A DNA stretch of 63,607 nucleotides, the filler included, from Choristocarpus tenellus KU-1152 (taxonomy: Eukaryota > Protista > Phaeophyceae), in assembly GCA_964200185.2 (NCBI GenBank). It is 11 parts of 11 records of this genome, joined end to end, with 100 filler letters (N's around TTAATTAATTAA, not from the genome) between each part and the next. Parts side by side here need not be neighbours in the genome. Positions count along the whole stretch, not along the records: positions 12,824 to 17,053 come from CAXNAD020015574.1; positions 17,154 to 20,331 come from CAXNAD020021748.1; positions 20,432 to 24,157 come from CAXNAD020018279.1; positions 24,258 to 29,663 come from CAXNAD020010887.1; 7 more parts are not named here. One strand, 5' to 3'. Both the position numbers and the translations under genes were made by a program. Shown one piece after another: positions 13,638-26,240 of the stretch (position 1 is its first letter; each line of letters opens with the position of its first letter). The notes under the pieces are model-generated. The model was not told the DNA's origin, did not search any database, and was given only the letters and a program-made list of their open reading frames with translations.

Positions 13638-16189
13638 GTATAGATGGTATTCGAATAGAAACTAGGTTTTGGAGAGATACCTTTCAAATTTACGACAGAT
13701 GTTACTTTTACAGGGGTCCTTGCGACATTGGTTTCGCTTTTCCCCTGACACATCTACAAAATGTGAATAGGTCAGAATAATATACAGTATATAGGAGAAA
13801 TTGTGGGCGGGTGGAATGCAAACTGTGTTCCCAAAAAATGTTCTTCTCTTCTATCTCAATCCAACCTCGTTCCTACGGTAGCCATGACCGTGGGTTCAAA
13901 AAAGCTTTTTGTCGACACGTAAAGAGGTTAATACTACTCGTTGTATAATAGGCTGTGTTTCTTTCCGCAAGGATAGTTAGTTGATCTTCCCCCAGCTCAT
14001 TTTAAATGGAAGACGTCGTCTCGTATAGGACTAATGTGAGCAGAACAACAAAGGATGGCGTGAGTTTCCATTTCAAGATAGGTAGGTAATGATCAGAATA
14101 TATCAATTGCGATATGTGAAATCGGATCATTGTTAGTTTTGACAGGAGTCGATACTTGATGACGAGATGAAATCTGCCAAGTACAAGGATGTGTAGAACA
14201 ATGCTGGAATGCAGAGGTATGCCACCTAAGATGAGTTGATGCAACACATTCCAGGAGCAACGAAATCTTCATGTGTACAGGTTTGGGTTTTTTTTTCACT
14301 GTTGAGGCTGTTACGGAACGATCAATTGAGTGTGAGGCATTGGATTGTAATGTAGGCAATTTTGACCAGTAAATTGGTGTAGGTGTTTCCACCGGAAGGG
14401 TTGGTGCCCAAAATATTTTTAAAAAATATGTAGTTGAGACAGTAGGTATTCAAGTGCATCATCCATTGGTCTTTTCGATTGACAAATTGTTGAGTTGTCA
14501 ACTTCTAGCTTGAATCCCAGAGAATAATCACAAAGATCTGGTGGTGTAGGCATGTTCGTTACCCACGTCTACAACCTGGCTTATTTGAGAGTTAACTTAC
14601 TAAAGAATTGATCACTACTGGGTAGGAAACCAATAAACTAATACACCCTGAATTCTCAGCCCTGTCAAAAAAAGTTTGCTCTACCCCTGACCCAGCACAA
14701 GAAAAAACCCTACAAAAGCATAGTGGCTTTGCCTTTGCCCGCTGGAGCACCAGAGGTGTCATTATCCAAAGGGGTAGATTCCCTACCAGAGCCCAGTGCT
14801 GACAAGGTGTTTGTGAGGGAAGAAACAAATACATGCATCATCTCATCTGAGGGCTTGTCGATGTTACGGGGTTTTGCGCAGGTTGATGATCAAGCTTCAA
14901 ATTCGTGCCATTGGCGTCGAAGAAGCACATCTCCTTGATGTGTCTCTTACGAAACTTGACCCCACAACCTGAAAATTCGTAGAGATTCTGGGAGTCCGCG
15001 CACGATCGTTTCCTTTTCATCTTGTGCTTCACAGAATTTGGACTTCCGCCTGCACTCTTGGGCCAATTTCTACAGAGGCTCAAGATCGGAAAGTCGTAGC
15101 TCAGTCACTGGCATCGACGGTAGGTTTTCTGCGGCTAGTATGGATATTGTGACACCGTCGTATATTAATGGTCGCCAAATTCGACACCAGATCTAGATGC
15201 GTCAGCAAGCGCGCCAGTATCTACCTAAAGCATCAAAGTCTTGGGGCGGGTCAGGTTAAGGATCAGATGGTCCTAAGGATTGTGGATTATTATACGTCAA
15301 GATTAAATGCACACATGGCCAAGCAAACAATTAGGCTTGGTCGGCCCTTTCAATCTACAGGAATGAGTCGAAAAAAAAATGAATACGGCCTACCGTACTC
15401 TCCATCCAAATGCATGGGCCCATTTCATTGCAGCATATTGAGATCAATGATGCTATGTGGTAGTCGTCAAGCGGAATTTGACACACAAATTGCCGGTTGG
15501 TTTCGACGATCAACTCTGGTCCCATGAGGAGAAGGTGTGTCAGGGTAAAAAGTCGTGGACATGGTGTTGTGATTTAGAATTCCCTGAAGGATGCATTTGC
15601 ACAAGTTTCTGAAGGCATAGATCTTTCAGTGTTCTGCTCATACGTTTCATGCTCACTTACAGAAACTATTTCTCCTTTTTCATCATGACTAGGATATTTA
15701 TTAGTAGTTGCACCATTCAAAATGTTCCAAAGTGTGTTCAGTGAAATGCAGAGGAATACGAGGAGTTGTGTTTGGCACCTTCAGGCGAAACGATACATTC
15801 TCGAAGGAGAAATTCTAGGTCTCTAGATATAATTTTTATGTAGCAACCAAGGATAGAAAGATCTGTAACTTATACAAGTAACACTGTTCTAAAGTCTGGT
15901 AGAATAAGTCGAGAGGGCCCAACATCATCTCACTTCCAACCTTCCAAATGGCCAGAGAGAGGACTGAGCTCTTCAATGGAGTTCAATCTAAAAGCACAAG
16001 AGTTCACAAGTAGTAATAAACAATAACAAAATACCTCAAGACACACCAAACGGAGTGAGAACCAAGTCTCACTACCTGAAGGGAAGGAGTCCATGCTGGT
16101 GAACGCAGGAACCAATAAATACGCTATAACGAGGTCAAAGTAGGTCAAACTTTTAGTTTCTGCAGAGGTTCATTAGCTTCATCTGGAAC

Positions 16190-16850
16190 GGAGATGGCGA
16201 GCGTGCAGCAACTGGTGTGGTCATAGACAGAGCCTCGAAGTCACCAAGTCAAGGCTTGGAAGGCATTACACGCATACTATCAACCTGATGGTAAAAAAGC
16301 CATCAAATGTAGACTTCAGCACGAATTTAACACAATGCCAATGGAGTCAGGAGAAAATCCGACCGAGTTTACACTCCACATTGATCACTTCATGACTGAG
16401 CTTGAGAAACTGGGGGTATAAGTATCGGAAGACCAGATCAACATCAAACATCATCAGTGGATTTTCATGGAGTACAAGATGCAAGCAAGAATGCCAGAAA
16501 GCGGTGAATTGCTTATATGCGCAAGGATCAACACAGTGATTGCACAATACAAGCGACTACAAATTGATCAACGAGCAGCTGGCAACGAAGCATTTGTAGA
16601 GGTAAGTAATAGATTGGCTGAGGTCGAAAGGTGCCAGCTCTGCGATAGACTGTCACACGGTAAGGCTGTGCAAGGTCGAGAAAGGAGAATTCACTGGAGA
16701 ATGTGCATCTTGCAGCAAGTGAGTGAACAAGGCAAGGGACTGCCGTGGGGGAAAACCCACAGTGTAGCAACAAGCAAAGAGGATGGGAAGATGATTTGTC
16801 TGTAATAAGACAGGACACTTTGCAATGGACTGCCACAACTGGTCTAATCA
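16190..16850 (+). mobile_element. Decayed Ty1/Copia gag
   Basis: Interrupted frame AWKALHAYYQPDGKKAIKCRLQHEFNTMPMESGENPTEFTLHIDHFMTELEKLG and zinc-knuckle remnant CNKTGHFAMDC (~16800-16833); stops and frameshifts. Confidence 0.7.
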
Positions 16851-16974
16851 GAGTGAGGGGAACAGTGCTTCATGTCAAAACCTCATGGGACCTCTGTTGG
16901 CGACCATGATGGACTAAATTGAACTATGCAACCATTTCTTCGGATGGTGTGGGTGACTGTATCAAATGGGCTCT

Positions 16975-17053
16975 GGGTCAAAGTATCTGGGGGGGGGGTG
17001 TCGGCGTTCGTTTTTCACCCTTTTTTCGATTTTTGCTTTTTTGGTGTGATTTG
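16975..17053 (+). mobile_element. MITE family B end at contig break
   Basis: GGGTCAAAGTATCTGGGGGG terminus running into the gap. Confidence 0.6.
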
Positions 17054-18197
17054 NNNNNNNNNNNNNNNNNNNNNNNNNNNNNNNNNNNNNNNNNNNNTTA
17101 ATTAATTAANNNNNNNNNNNNNNNNNNNNNNNNNNNNNNNNNNNNNNNNNNNNGTGTTTCGTCCTGGGCCTCGACGAGGACATCCTTGCTGAGGTCAAAG
17201 AGTGATTGCACGAACACACAGGAAGAAAGGTTGGGGAGGCTTTTACCTATACTTTAATCAAGTAATAGTGCATCTGTTGCCACTCTTGGTGACCTACAAT
17301 CCGGGGTTCGAACCCCAATATGAGCGCCCTTTCTTCAAAAACAAAATGGCGAGAAAAAACAACGAAGCCCGTACTCTGGAGGGAATTTTGACGGGTATCA
17401 CGAATATGCTTTTATTTTTTTAATCCGATGTCTATATCAAACGTTATGACGAGACAACCCTAGAGGGCGAAGCTACTGCCACTATATCGCAATAATTCAA
17501 AATCCAAAAGTCAGTAATTTTTCGTATGAAATAAATGTGTTGTCTAACACGTTCGAAGGATTGTCATGTAGGGAAAAAAAGATATATGAAGGGGAGTTGG
17601 TCGTAAAACATAGTTACACATACGTTAGATACTAAAAAAGAGGAAAGAAGACGTAAATAATACAAGCATGACTACAAAAAATAAATTGGAATATCACATA
17701 CATCAGCCATCACCAACATATTGTATGTAAGAAACAACAAGAAGTAACACTTCTAAACTCACTCTATGAAGAAAAACAAGAATTAAGATAAGAATATCAT
17801 GAATCTGTTAAGGTTTCCATAGGCTGTTGAGCTAGAGTCGATTTTGAATGGAAGACTCTTCTCAAGAGACGGTCAGTTGAACAGTAACTGAAATAGAAAG
17901 TCTTGAACGTGATTTCACAACTCCCATTACGCTGAAACCCTCCACCCCCAACATCCTACAATATGAGTCACTAACTCATCCAGAAGTACCTTTGGCTGTG
18001 TGCCATGACGTCCGAACCTCTCTACTGGCGACAATCAAATCGCTTAGAGAAAAAAATTCAGTGAATCCGATTGAATCGAAATAAACTGTTGGCTGGCGCA
18101 CAAGGCGATGTACCCAAATCGAGGGCGGATCGCCAAGTGGTACGTTGAAGTGCACATAAGAACCCCCCAATGTCGTTACGGAAACCCTAATATAATA

Positions 18198-19880
18198 CTA
18201 CCTCCGTGCCATAAGATTGTTCCGCGTTGTCCATAACCTTTGAAGATGTTGATGAAATTCGTTTCTGAAAGAAGAGTTGGAATCCTTGACGAATTTCTTG
18301 TTAGGGTCAGCTCTATTACTCCCCATCCATCATAATTTTATCAGCAGCAGAAAAAGCCTCCATGGCTACCCTTGGTACGTTTTCAAGCTCACCAGTCAAC
18401 TGCCTCTTCCTTACCCCTGTGTGCTCCACACTGAAGTCATTCCCCCCATTTGTATCTAAGTGCTTGATTGTACACCACAAAAAGGAGCTGCCAAGCCCTC
18501 TCAAGTGTAGTTTCATCATACTCATACTGTTTCTAAATGACCTTCACCATCTCCTCGACAGACCCAAACTGCTCCCCCATCACCCAGCACTTCAAGGACC
18601 TGAAGAAGGAAAGGTCCATGATATTGAGGTCGAGGGAGTTAGATGGCTGCATCACAAGCCTAATCGACCATCCCTCAATCTTCCCTGCCCCTGACAAGAT
18701 TTCTGAGTTACCCTTGCCTGCGTGGGGGGTGGCACCGTCTTGCTGAACGACAACATGCTTCCCCTGCAATCAAGGCATCTTGGTCTTGATTGCAGACAGT
18801 AACTCTTCCTTGTGCCACTTCCTGTACCACAAATGGTCTAAAGTACAGTCCTGCTCATACATATATCCCTTTTTATGGTTCTTGCTTGTCCTGTCTGCCG
18901 TTTTTGGCGCACACGCATGCCAAACACCAGGCTTTCCATCAAAGCTGTGAGCCGAATCTGGGCGGACTTTTTCTGCAATGATCATGGTTTTGTGGATATG
19001 ACTCTTGTGCTGCACAGTAGGGGACCCCGTAAGGTCGCTATCATCCTTGTGGGGAAATACCCTAACCCTTTCCCCATCAGTCATCACGTAAAACCAGGTT
19101 TCATCCACATGGATTGCGTTCGCCATGGAGATGTACACACCACGTTTCCGGTCCACTTGATTGGAAACAAAGTCCATTCTCCAGACCTTTTGCCACGATT
19201 TAAGCTTGGCTTTGATCCAGCGGCAATTTGGCATGGCCCCCATATCATCCAACCACCTGTTTATGGTGCTCGTGCTATAACTCAGCCCCTTGGTGGCCAT
19301 CTTCATTGTCACCTGACCCACTGTGGATGACCGATTATCGGAGTTGATACTATGTATTACGCCCATCTTGGTCGGTGTGAGCTCCGAAGCCCGCCCACTA
19401 CGTGCTGCCACCCCTAGGTCAAGCGTGTGGCCATGGGCGAGCTGATTGGCGACGTCCTCCCAGAGTCCTCGCTTGTAACGCTCGGACACTCTAAACTCTG
19501 CTACGAGGGCCAGCCCAACGTGTCGTGGAAGTTTATGCTCACCAAGGACCATCACGAGGGCATGCCGCACTGCAAGCAAAGCCGTGGTATTCAAAGACAC
19601 TTGGTCACCCTTCCTACGCGGGTGGATCAATTGGGTGGTTGCCATGCTGATGTTCTGACCCTCGACGTGCCCAGTTCTGGTCTCAATATCACCCCAAAAG
19701 ACCCCTACTTTGACGGCTTGAAGCGCCTCGAGTTTGTACCTGATGATCCTCGACCCCCACCTTTTCTGAAATCTGAGATTACAACCCAATTTCATTCTGT
19801 GGGGTTATCGTCCGATTCGGCGCCATTCTCACTGGGTGAGTCCAGATATTTCGCGGCACAAACTTATGACACAAAGGTAG
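18198..19880 (-). mobile_element. Full-length Tc1/mariner element (plant-mariner DD39D-like group), 1683 bp
   Basis: TA-CTACCTCCGTGCCATAAG ... CTTATGACACAAAGGTAG-TA: imperfect 18-bp TIRs with TA duplication enclosing a transposase. Confidence 0.92.
18316..19645 (-). pseudogene. Mariner transposase pseudogene
   Basis: IHVDETWFY, VQHKSHI, FDGK, QQDGATPH, QPSNSLDLNIMDLSFFRSLK motifs; in-frame stops at 18770 and 18533 and a downstream frameshift. Confidence 0.92.
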
Positions 19881-20180
19881 TACTTTTTTCACCCTTCACA
19901 AACAAACCTTTGGGTTATTTTTCACACACAGGTTGTGGTGATGGTGATGGTTAGGGTTTTGACTTAGATTATCGAAAATGAGTGGTAATAGTGAGAAGTG
20001 GTTGGTCCTTGAAATGTTGAGGTTCCCCTTTGTACACTATACTTCTCCACCACTTCTTCTAGAGTATTTCCTTGGCTGGTTGAGGTATTTTTCACACACA
20101 AGTCGGGGTTAGGGTTAGAGTTAGATATAGGGTTAGGATCACAAAAATGCGTTCGAAAAGTAAAAAACGTATGACAGTGA

Positions 20181-20331
20181 GGCTTAAAGTATCTGGGAGG
20201 GGGTTGCGGCTGTCCACTTGGGGTCAATTTTTTCATGTCGCGATTTTGGAGTGATTTGGTTACATACGTCGGATGGATACTATAAATGCACTTTTCCTGA
20301 TTTTGGTCCAAATAGACACCCTAGTGTAGAC
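20181..20331 (+). mobile_element. MITE family B, near-complete, truncated by gap
   Basis: GGCTTAAAGTATCTGGGAGGGGG..GCTGTCCAC TTGGGGTC...CCAAATAGACACCCTAGTGTAGAC; colinear with 29820-29960. Confidence 0.8.
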
Positions 20332-20585
20332 NNNNNNNNNNNNNNNNNNNNNNNNNNNNNNNNNNNNNNNNNNNNTTAATTAATTAANNNNNNNNNNNNN
20401 NNNNNNNNNNNNNNNNNNNNNNNNNNNNNNNCCAAAAGAAAATAAAGGGGAAAGGAAAGAAAGAGCCCCCCCCCCCCCCCCCCCCGGAGCACTTTCTAGT
20501 GTGCTTGACGCCACCCTCTGGCAACTACTGCAAGATCAGCACTACATGATGAAGTATGTTTCAAGGGTAATACACACCCACCCAC

Positions 20586-22336
20586 CTCAGAACAGCACTC
20601 CTTGTGGTTCTTGTCTTGAACGACGGTGGTGGCACACCTTTGGCGCATGGCGATACGAGGCTGTCGCCTGCTCTGCTGCATGGCGACTTGAGTATCCCAC
20701 TGGTCTTGGCCCGAGGTGATGTAAGGAACCCACCTCTGCTGCTCAGAGGCGAAGTGAGGCTGTCACCTCCTCTAGAACGAGATGATGCAAAGGTTCCCCC
20801 TGCCATGCCACGCGGCGACCTCAGGGTCCCACTTCCTCTGGCACGTGGGGATCTGAGCGCATCACTTCCTTTGGCCCGTGGTGGCAACACAAGATCCCCA
20901 CCTCCTCTGTTGCTATTGCCACCCTCTGCCAATTGGAGGGGCATTGGTCTGCTTTCGGAGGTGCTAGAGAGGGCAGATTCTTTACTTCCATCTGTTGACA
21001 CCGGATCTGTCTCCCCTTGCTCAGCAGCAGTGATGAGGGACACGGGGAGTGGAGGAAGGGTGGCCTCCGAGGATTTGGCAGCTGTGTCTTCTTCCTCGGT
21101 GGCCTCAACCTCCTCTTCAACAGGTATTGCTAGGGGTGGTGAGGGGGGGGGGAAGTCAGCCTCAGAGGATTTGGCGAGTGCACCATTTTCCGCAGAGAAT
21201 TCGCTCTCTTCTTCGACATTTATCGCTAGAGGTGGGGAAGGGGGGGGTAAGTCAACCTCTGACGACTCAGCAAGAGGGCCTTCTCTCCATGGGGCTTCTC
21301 CCTCCTCTTCAACAGCCGAGGCTACTGGTGGGAGGGAGGGGGGGATTGCAGCGTCGGAGGATTCCGCAAGAAAAACTTCTTCCTGGACTTTGCCTTCCTC
21401 TTCAACAGCTACAGCTATCTGTCGGTCCTCAGGGCAGGGGAAAGGAAAAGGATTATGGTTACGGTTGGGGTAAGGATAGAAAGAGTTTAGTAGTGATAAT
21501 ACATCACTGGGCTATGGAGAAAAGGACACAAAGCTACGATCTTTTAATGCACTGGAGTTATCAAAAGGGGACCATACTTGACCTGCTAGTGTTTGTCTCT
21601 GTTGCCTTTCGCAAAAAGGCTGGGTCTCACGCACCTCTTTACGTGTGTCATCCACCTCGTCTGTCCAAACTTTGGGCACCATCGAATCTTTCTGAAGAGC
21701 AGTGTCTACACTTGTAATCGGGGCAGGTGTATCGCTGCTTAAGAGGTGGGCGAAGGGTGGTTAATGTTGTGCAGTTCAGATGCTGCTACAGGTATGCGTT
21801 GCCCCTTTCAAGACATGAACCTAAGTGCGTTAATGTCAACAATATTAACACCACGACCCGAGGTCGTTGACCCCAAGAACACGTCCAGTAAATCCCCGGA
21901 CATCGACTTGTACCAACAGATGGGACAACAAGGTGTCTGTCATTGGGCAATGAGTTCGAAATTGAAGACTTGAATACAGGACTTTCTACTTCGACCCCGG
22001 TTCGACCGGTGGACGAGGTATACTAAAATGCCCCTTCTAGTGCTTTCGAGAAAGGGAGCAAACGGGAAGGTCTTAGGGACCTTGACAACTCAGTATAAGG
22101 ATCTTGAAGGACACGAATCTGCAATGAAGTCGGGCCAGGACATGTCGATAAGGTTCCTGTGGATAGTCGACATTACCACACCCCCAAACCCTCACAAGCG
22201 TAGAATTCGCTGTAACCCTTTCAATTGTAGTTTAAGGTCGCCCCAACAGTATTATATCGAAATAAAATATATACCTGATTAGAATAGCCTTGGCGGACAG
22301 CTTCGGTAGGTCCGTCTCTGGCTCAGCAGAAGACAT
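20586..22336 (-). CDS. Hypothetical low-complexity repeat protein, 5' part; exons 22336-22275 (tentative), 21734-21635, 21418-20586
   Basis: 833-bp stop-free exon with CAG acceptor and AG/GTGGGT donor encoding four acidic ~32-aa repeats and eight 11-aa basic S-P-R repeats; upstream exon phases are compatible. Confidence 0.6.
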
Positions 22337-24077
22337 CCCTTCCCCTTTCCCAACTAGAATCTTTGCTTGTAGTGCTTCGAGATTTTACCGTGAGCGGCCA
22401 GGAAGCAGCGCACCAACCGACTGGTGTACAGTTGGGAAAGGATTTCCTCTGAGCTCTGTGGGATGTGGCATATGCTGCACGAGTTGTGGTAATAGCATGC
22501 GAGGTTCCTAACTTGTACCTAACTCTAGGAATCGAGTCCTAGCACTTGATTGTCTCTCAAATATGCTTCGATAGATATCCCTTACCCGATCTGTATAGTG
22601 TGACTTGATCGATGAAGGGTTCTCGTGGGCAAGCAATGGATTTGCTTGTAGCGCAGAGGGTTGATATGAGGTGCAACACCTTGAGGCACAACAGGAAGAA
22701 CCTGTGAGAGGTGGGTCCTATCTGCCTCAACTCTCTCCAATCTCAACTTTGTAAGTAGTACTACTGTACTATAACAGTAGGGTCCTAAAATCATCAAACC
22801 AGAAAAAAATGTAGTCTGAACCACTTTCATTTTCATATGGTTCTTATAATAGGACTAGAAGTGTACTTAGAACAGTATACTTCCTAAGTATTTTGTGGTA
22901 TCTTTAATTTTATTGTTCTTGTGTTGTATAGTAAGATCCAGGAAGTAAAAAGTGGAAATACAAAGCGAACACGCATCAACACGTCAAACGATCAACAATA
23001 CGATTGTGAGTATTATTTGAATGAATAATAAAAAAAAGATTTCATATAATGAAAACCACACAATTTCATGGTTGTGGTATCATACCCCCAACACCATGAT
23101 CTTGATGAACTGGGGTATCGGACCTACTTTCTGGAGAAGAGCCGTCCCAACATAATGAAGGGGGAAGATAGGGTAGACTGATAACTCTCTATTCTGGTGT
23201 CGTCAGGGACAGAACACCAGCTGACGATCCTGGGAGAAGTCAGAAAGTAACTGTGACGAGAACCGGACAGAACCTAAGGGATGGTGATGATTGTGTTGAG
23301 ACCACGAACCACGTTTCCAACGCTAATGAAGGAGAGTTTGCCAATACTGGAAGCCCACGGAAGGAAACGGGAGAACCTGCTGACGAAACAACCCTGCCGA
23401 GGTATCACCGTGATCCATTGGCCTCCCTCTCACACACTGGACCTGAACCCTTGCCCAACCCAACACCCTCGCCCAACTACCACGGGTCATTGCCCCATCT
23501 GCTTCTCCACGATCAATGAACCCGTCCAACCGTTCCCCTGTCCCCAATGCCCCATCCAGCGCCCCAGATGCCGCAACCATCACCCCACTCCTCTTTCTAT
23601 GACACGCTTGAGCACACAATCCAGCCACAGGCACTTACTTAGGCAATCCCTACACACCCAATCCACCCCATCCCCCTTTGCCATCCCACCATTTTTGCAC
23701 CAAACCTCGCACACTCTGATTCATAGCAAGACATCCTCCTTGTTTGATCAGATACTGTCTAAGAATCGACCACCCGGACCAAATGCTAAGTAGAACCACT
23801 CATCCTCAGCGCGCCCCACGTCCCAGCACAGCATAGCACATCCTTGGATGGACTGCTATTCCATGAGTACAGGCGTCCACTCCTTGCTGACACATCCATA
23901 ATGGAAGGCGTCATTACACACTGAGCAAGCAAACTACACTTTGAGACACTTTGTGCCGATGAAGACTGAACAAACCTTGCATATCTTTCTATTTCTTTGT
24001 ATGACTGTGTTCTCCTCAGATACTGTAGGGACATTTTCAGGTTCTTTGTCCTGCTGATTACACCACAATCAAAGAAA

Positions 24078-24111
<34 letters not shown>

Positions 24112-24257
24112 AAAAAAAGGAGGGGGTTTTTTCCGCTCCCTGAGGAAGGGAAAAAAANNNNNNNNNNNNNNNNNNNNNNNNNNNNNNNNNNNNNNNNNNN
24201 NTTAATTAATTAANNNNNNNNNNNNNNNNNNNNNNNNNNNNNNNNNNNNNNNNNNNN

Positions 24258-24319
24258 GGATAAAGTGTCGATATGTTTTTTTTTTAAATCTCCATCCTCA
24301 ATTTTTGAAATCGGCTGTT
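24258..24319 (-). repeat. Internally deleted foldback element end at contig break
   Basis: TCCATCCTCAATTTTTGAAATCGGCTGTT is the reverse complement of the terminus at 13497 and 29528. Confidence 0.7.
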
Positions 24320-24792
24320 AATGGTGAAAACATTTCAACTTCAGAATAAAAACAATAATTTTTCCAATTTCAGGCATTTGCTGGAAGCTAGATGGATTGA
24401 AAAAAGTGATATTTCTCAACTCAGAAAAACCGAAAAAAGAGTTGATATGTGTCCATGTCCACACGCAGTAAGGGGTCAACGTTGATGGTGCATCGTAAAA
24501 ATAAGACATAATAATAATGTATGTTAACTGGGATAATATTGTACCGACATGCCAATACAATTCTTTCCCAAAATTTCTTTGGGTACAGTTCCTATTTCAT
24601 TCCGAAAAGGTCGCTCTATTGTCCATCCATACCTCCTTCACCCACGATCATATAAATTTATGTATCAAATCGATTTCTTGACATCTACTCTCTCCTCCAT
24701 TTGTTTTGCTCACGAATTCTGGATTACTATTATTTTATTCTACGTTTATATTCCTCCCTATTTCCTTTTCTCCCCACATTCTAACAACCCTT

Positions 24793-25000
24793 GTGACCAA
24801 CCAGTGCGATCTCTTTGCCACTGGTTTCCAGCCATCATCCACCTCTGATAATCAACCAGGGCGAACCCCTTTCGCCACTGATTTCCAGTCACCCTTCGTC
24901 ATCTGATGACCAACCAGGGCAAACCCCCTTCGCCCCTGATTTCCAGTCACCCCCACATGTGATGACCAGCCAGTGCGACCCCTTCGCCACTGATTTCCGT
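24793..25000. repeat. Minisatellite, ~4 x 55-58 bp
   Basis: Unit GATGACCAACCAG.GCGA.CCCCTTCGCCACTGATTTCCAGTCACCC repeated with divergence. Confidence 0.8.
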
Positions 25001-26240
25001 TCTCTACCGCCCCTTTCAACCCTATTTAACCCCACTCAACCCCACGTCAGTTACCACTCCCAGTCCCACCCCACTTACCACTCCACCACACCATTGAACA
25101 CCACTCAACACCACTCCACAATAATCCAATAACCCCCCTTCATCATCCCCTTCATACCTTGCCTTTGAGCTAGAAGACATCTACCCTGCACGAACTTAAC
25201 CTCCCCTCCCACCCTAAGATCCAAGTCGGTCATGAGCAAGCGACAGGGCAGGTGGACGGGAAAGCTTGCTCAGGGGTCCTCTTGATCTTGCCCTCCTCGT
25301 CTTGTCACCCCAACCTCAGGTTTCCTCTTCGATTCAATACTATCCATTCCTTCTCACCTTGTGCCTCTGTCTGCCACCTATTTTCTTAGCCCCTCTCCTC
25401 CCTCTCTCAACAACTCAATCTTTAACTCTTCGTTCCCTTCTTGATAATTTTTGTTTCTTTCCTGTCCCCTTCCTTGCCTTGTGCCCCCAACCAACCAGAA
25501 TTCTTCTGCCCACAAAACTCATATTACTTCATAAACTTTCCCTTTGGCACCGTTTCTGTGCAAATTTACCTTGGGAGATAATTGCAATTTGTCAGTAGTG
25601 AAAGACAAGAAGGTGTGAAGCCTCACACGACCCCCTTCTTTGCTGAACGTGATTACATGGTTGAAATTAGAAGAGTGACCTTTGTGGGGTGTCTTCTCAT
25701 TGCTTGTTTATTATATATTATTTGTGCTTCCTATCTAAGTCAACGGTTATGTCAAACTAGTTGAATGCGGAACAAATACCAATACATAATCCCATACATA
25801 ATCTGGATGTATGGTCTCATTAGTTACATCACATGGACTCAATTCAACACAATATTCTCATATACACAAAATAAGGTATACTTCACTATTGTCCTATTTT
25901 GCACAGTTTCCACCACATTAGTCGAAACCCATCAAGAACAAGACAAAAAACAAAATTATTCAACCAACAAGGAAGTATGCTTGGAATTATGAATTGAGAT
26001 GTTAATTAGCAAGGACACAGTTGATACTTTCTACGTAACATTTGAGGTACAGTGTTTTCGTGATATTCACACATAGATAGTTCCAGACGGACAAGAAGCA
26101 GGATTTCTCCGTACCCTCATGGAATCCATAGATAGGCTGGAAAGCAACAACAACGGACCAAAAAAGAATCATTACTATAACAAAAAGAACAAAAAACAGG
26201 GGTTTTCGAATCGTGCAGAGGGTTTAGAAGTATTTTATTA

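Noticed and set aside
17154-18190. AT-rich virus-like remnant
   Set aside because: No recognisable viral protein motif; frames are heavily interrupted
20604-21717. Plus-strand ORFs of 289 and 222 aa
   Set aside because: Probably antisense shadows of the minus-strand repeat exon, which has the proper splice sites
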